Translations under genes and position numbers: made by a program | NCBI GenBank assembly: GCA_002269645.1 | Contig: NIVC01000869.1 | Location: forward strand, 248,001 to 312,000 | From: Macrostomum lignano | Taxonomy: Eukaryota | DNA: 64,000 nt | Direction: 5' to 3' | In this document: positions 60,544 to 64,000 of the stretch, piece by piece | Position numbering within the stretch: position 1 is the first letter of the stretch | How the letters are laid out: each line of letters begins with the position of its first letter | The notes under the pieces: generated by a model | Seen by the model: only the letters and a program-made list of their open reading frames with translations | Database searches by the model: none | Told to the model about the DNA's origin: nothing

Positions 60544-60551
60544 TCTTCAAT

Positions 60552-60739
60552 ATGGAACTCTATATCCGATGTTTGGCGCTGATGTGTCTGCCAGACAAAT
60601 GCCTACTGATAACAGCCCTGTGAATATCGTGACTAACATTGAGAGGACTGCCGCAACACCCGTGGACTTGTACATTATCTATGCATTTGAGAGGAAGGTG
60701 AAGCTTAACATGATAAACAATTCATCCAGTAAAGTTTAA
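60552..60739 (+). pseudogene. Major capsid protein, 3' part
   Basis: LQ|YGTLYPMFGADVS...IYAFERKV continues the MCP after the TSD. Confidence 0.85.
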
Positions 60740-60759
60740 ATATTTTTTTAGGACAAAAA

Positions 60760-61623
60760 ATGGAAGCTATAGCCGAAAGACTAAACAACATTGTTTCACA
60801 CTCTAAGGAGAGCATTCCTATTACAATAACTGGGCGAATTAATGACTCAAACGGGATATTTGTTGAAAAATTAGAGCAGGCGATTCGCCTGGATCCTGGC
60901 GCTAATTACCATGTCTATCTTAACGACTTCACTGGTTGGTCAAACGTTCCCAATGTGATGGCAGCAAATAATAAGTTTTATTACAAATGGAAAGGTGCAG
61001 CAGCAGACCCTGTGGTATTCCATGTGAGCACGCAAAGTGTGGATACCTACAATAACTTTCTAGAAAATGTCTTTACTAAGAGAGGCCATTTTGAGACACC
61101 TGATGCGAGTAAGCCAGAGAAGAAACTGTTCCCTGTCAAACTAACCTATGATCTCACTGTAATGAGAGTGGTCATGCAAGTTCACAAAGATGCGGAGGTT
61201 GAGTTTAAAGATGATACTTGGTATAGGGAACTGGGATTCGAGAAGAAAGTTTATAAGGCAGAATCCGCGGCGCGGACCGCCACTCAAGCATCGGGGACTG
61301 TTACAATGGTCCGGGAAAACGTAAGCGGTTTGTTCTTAGCACCCAATATTGCAGACATTGTAAAGGGTTTGAATATTCTAATCAGAAGTAATCTCAGTCT
61401 TGATTGGGTATTTAAGGGAAAGCGAACTAATATTTTGTACAACATCTCCAACTCTGTTGCTGGAGGACAGATGGTGGTAGAGAAAGCAAATCCAGTGAAA
61501 AGAGTTGTATTGAGTAATAAGGAGATTCACGAGATTGTGCTACAGTTTGAGACTGAAGATGGGGTGGGTGTTGATTTCAACGGTGAAGAGTTTGTACTGA
61601 CGTTGATCATTGAGAGAATGTGA
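60760..61623 (+). CDS. Minor capsid protein (penton, single jelly-roll)
   Basis: LDPGANYHVYL..FTGWSNVPNV...NNKFYY; NILYNI..VAGGQMVVE; VDFNGEEFVLTLII. Confidence 0.88.
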   Translation: MEAIAERLNNIVSHSKESIPITITGRINDSNGIFVEKLEQAIRLDPGANYHVYLNDFTGWSNVPNVMAANNKFYYKWKGAAADPVVFHVSTQSVDTYNNFLENVFTKRGHFETPDASKPEKKLFPVKLTYDLTVMRVVMQVHKDAEVEFKDDTWYRELGFEKKVYKAESAARTATQASGTVTMVRENVSGLFLAPNIADIVKGLNILIRSNLSLDWVFKGKRTNILYNISNSVAGGQMVVEKANPVKRVVLSNKEIHEIVLQFETEDGVGVDFNGEEFVLTLIIERM

Positions 61624-62705
61624 GAAAATGCGTTCCCTTTTAAGTATGCTTGCAGAGAATAGAGTGGTATGAAAAAATGCGCGCATGTGTACTCAAAATC
61701 TCTTACCCCATTCTGACAGGTTGTGGGCGCGGGCGTCGCGTGTGTGGGGGAGAGGGGAGTGTATGTATGTGGGCGCAGCGCGCGTGGGGGAGAGAGATTT
61801 TCACTTTAACTGAGCCCAGCCGAGGAAGAATTCCGTCTCGAGGGAAGGCCAGAATGCAAACGATTTCGGCCTCGCGCAAGGCCAAAATGAAAAGGGTTTT
61901 GGCCTTTTGGCCTTTTGGCCTTTTTGGCCTTTTGGCCTTTTGGCCTTTTTGGCCTTTTGGCCTTTTGGCCTTTTGGCCTTTTGGCCTTTCAGTTTTTAAC
62001 GCAATTGCTTAATGATTTCTGCAAAGTTATAGTAGCTGTCGTAATCTTTTACGTAGGTTACTCCATACTTATGAAACCAGTGTCTTTGGAGAGCTAGATT
62101 AATATTAGGGACATTGATATCAACGTTGGGCCAATATTTTCTCATGTACTCGCTGCATTCAAGTTTGCATTGGTACTTGGATTTGTACAATGGATTAGGC
62201 TGAGTATAATAAGAACCTGGAGAGACAACTGGAAACATTTTTTAGAGAAAATTTAATTTTTTTTTCAAAGGGTAAGGACCCTGGGTTAGGGGATTTAAAG
62301 TTTTAGGGATCTGGTTTCGCCGCTTCGGATTGAATGTGGGCCCCATGGGGAGAAGAATGCAGATTTTTTTTCTGATTGTTTCGAAGATGCTATGGGTGGA
62401 TGTTGGTGGATGATGTCAGTGTCAGTGAGCATAACAGGTGTCCACTGTCTGATTCTGTCGGGGATAATATGGATGGATTTAATAGGATTATGTTCGAAGT
62501 TTTCAGAGCAAGTGCGGCCCCTCCCCTTTTTCATGATTCTGTCAGGGATAATATGGATGGATTTAGGTGGATTATGGAGGACGTTTTGTGAGCGAGTGCG
62601 ACCCCCCTTTTTTTCTGATTCTGTCAGGGATAATATGAATGGATTTAGGTGGATTATGGAGGAGGTGAAAAATTTTGTCCCAGAAGCCCCCTCATGCCTT
62701 CTACT
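61088..62705. repeat. Right TIR (~1.6 kb), overlapping the mCP 3' half
   Basis: Reverse complement of 40051-41668. Confidence 0.95.
61996..62238 (-). CDS. 80-aa ORF in the right TIR (copy of 40518-40760)
   Basis: Identical translation. Confidence 0.5.
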   Translation of the reverse strand: MFPVVSPGSYYTQPNPLYKSKYQCKLECSEYMRKYWPNVDINVPNINLALQRHWFHKYGVTYVKDYDSYYNFAEIIKQLR

Positions 62706-64000
62706 CCCTTCCGTAAAGCGTGAGCGGCCGAATCTGCCACTTGGTCCTGCTGGTGAACATGATCGCTGCGGTCTTAGTCTCAGAGAGCCTTAAACCACAG
62801 CGGTCCGCCCATTGCTCAGCGGCGTAGATAAAGTTCTGAAGAAGGTCCCTGAGGGTATCAGGTGACGGACCAGATGCCACCGCGGTGACATCGTCCGCAT
62901 ATCCAACTTTCAGAATGGGGTCAGGCCGAACATCCCGGAGGAGCTCATCGATGACCATATTCCAGAGAACTGGAGACAGCACCCCACCTTGCGGGCTACC
63001 TTTGCAGACGGGGACCGTCCTCTGGTAGCCCAGCAGACTGGCGGTGGCCGTGCGATGGCTGATCATGTACATGATCCATCTGGTGAGATGTGAGTGCGTT
63101 TGCCTCTCACAAAGAGCTCTTCGGAACGCCTCAAAGAGGACGTTATCGAAGGCGCCAATGATGTCCAGGAAGATCCCCAGAGCAAAGCCATTACCAAGCA
63201 CGGCCTTCTCGAGTTTATCGACCAGGACGTGCAGCGCGCTTTCAGTGGAGCGACCCGCCCGAAAAGCGTGCTGGTTCTCGCTGAGAGGTTTGTTCTTCAG
63301 CTCAACAGAGAGAAGGCGCCAAAGCACCAGTCTCTCCATCAGCTTGACCAGGGAGGAGGTCAAGCTGATCGGTCTGAAGGATTTGATAGAATGGTAGTCC
63401 GGGCGGCCTGGCTTAGGGATAAAGATCACCTTTGCCTCGGTCCATGCCTGTAGGACATAACCAAGCGTGATGCATGCCCGAAGAAGGCTGCAAAGTTTGC
63501 GCAGGAAGCCTGGGCATTTAACCGCCTCTCTTAGGAGGGCCGGTACAATGCCGTCGGGTCCTGGGGCTTTGAAAGGCTTGAAGGAATTTGCCGCTCTCAC
63601 AATGCGGTCCTCCGTGATGATAGAGGCAGCCAGCGCGTGACCTCCCTCCGAGTGATCCGGAGTGGTCTGGTTAGCTGGCTCGTTGGGGAAAGACGCAGTG
63701 AGCATTACATCAAGCGTTTCCCCTGGGTTGTCCGTGGACGTACCGTCGGTGCGTTTGACCGAGGAGAGCTTAGACATTTTGTCCAGCGTGAGCGCTTTCA
63801 CAACTCTGGAGGTGGGGCGTGAGCCCTCTAGCTCCTCACAGTATTGTCGCCATTTTTGAGCCTTTGCATTCCTAACCTGCCTTTTAAACTCATGGATTGC
63901 TTCATGATAGGCGGTTTGGTCTGCAGGGCTCTTAGTTTTAGTTGCTCTGCGGTGGAGTCTCTTAGCCCTGCGACGGAGGTTGCCGAGCTCGGGATTCCAC
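62706..64000 (-). mobile_element. Loa/R1-like LINE, RT part (continues beyond the window)
   Basis: WNPELG...FRPISLTS, FLDIIGAFD and GYADD. LYGRE joins IPFCKQTKCLG at 40050 once the Polinton is removed. Confidence 0.93.

Larger units (their letters stand above)
40051..62705. mobile_element. Polinton/Maverick (adintovirus-like endogenous virus), 22,655 bp ('Polinton B')
   Basis: AGTAG...CTACT termini, 6-bp TSD CCCTTC (40045-40050 and 62706-62711), and INT, pPolB, PRO, ATPase, MCP and mCP genes. Confidence 0.97.

Overview
Eukaryotic (animal-type, GT-AG introns) DNA made almost entirely of nested mobile elements. Left to right: (1) a minus-strand Ty3/Gypsy retrotransposon (about 1.8-10.8 kb) whose Gag-Pro ORF carries an apparent cold-shock domain between the CCHC knuckle and the protease, interrupted by a Loa/R1-like LINE; (2) a decayed AT-rich Polinton/Maverick remnant (about 13.6-24.7 kb) with a young CsRn1-clade LTR element (16113-20488) inserted just upstream of its pPolB ATG; (3) one intact-looking cellular gene, a membrane-anchored FkbM-family methyltransferase (27454-28683), among MITEs, minisatellites, a THAP/P-type element and RTE fragments; (4) a 22.65-kb Polinton/adintovirus (40051-62705; CCCTTC TSD; 1.6-kb TIRs) inserted in a second Loa/R1-like LINE. 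This element encodes PLA2, integrase, pX-like, pPolB, adenain, gasderminX-like, packaging ATPase, core-like proteins, MCP and mCP, and its MCP is split by a P-superfamily transposon (55383-60543, 8-bp TSD). Best leads: the Gag cold-shock domain; indel-free TIRs containing half the penton gene around a frameshifted interior; splice-acceptor-like motifs 5-8 nt before six Polinton ATGs; exact 30-nt A/T spacers at both divergent gene pairs; and a repeated G-x-G / GG-ILP cleavage-like motif. All family calls come from motif recognition by eye, with no database search. Coordinates marked approximate were not resolved to the base.
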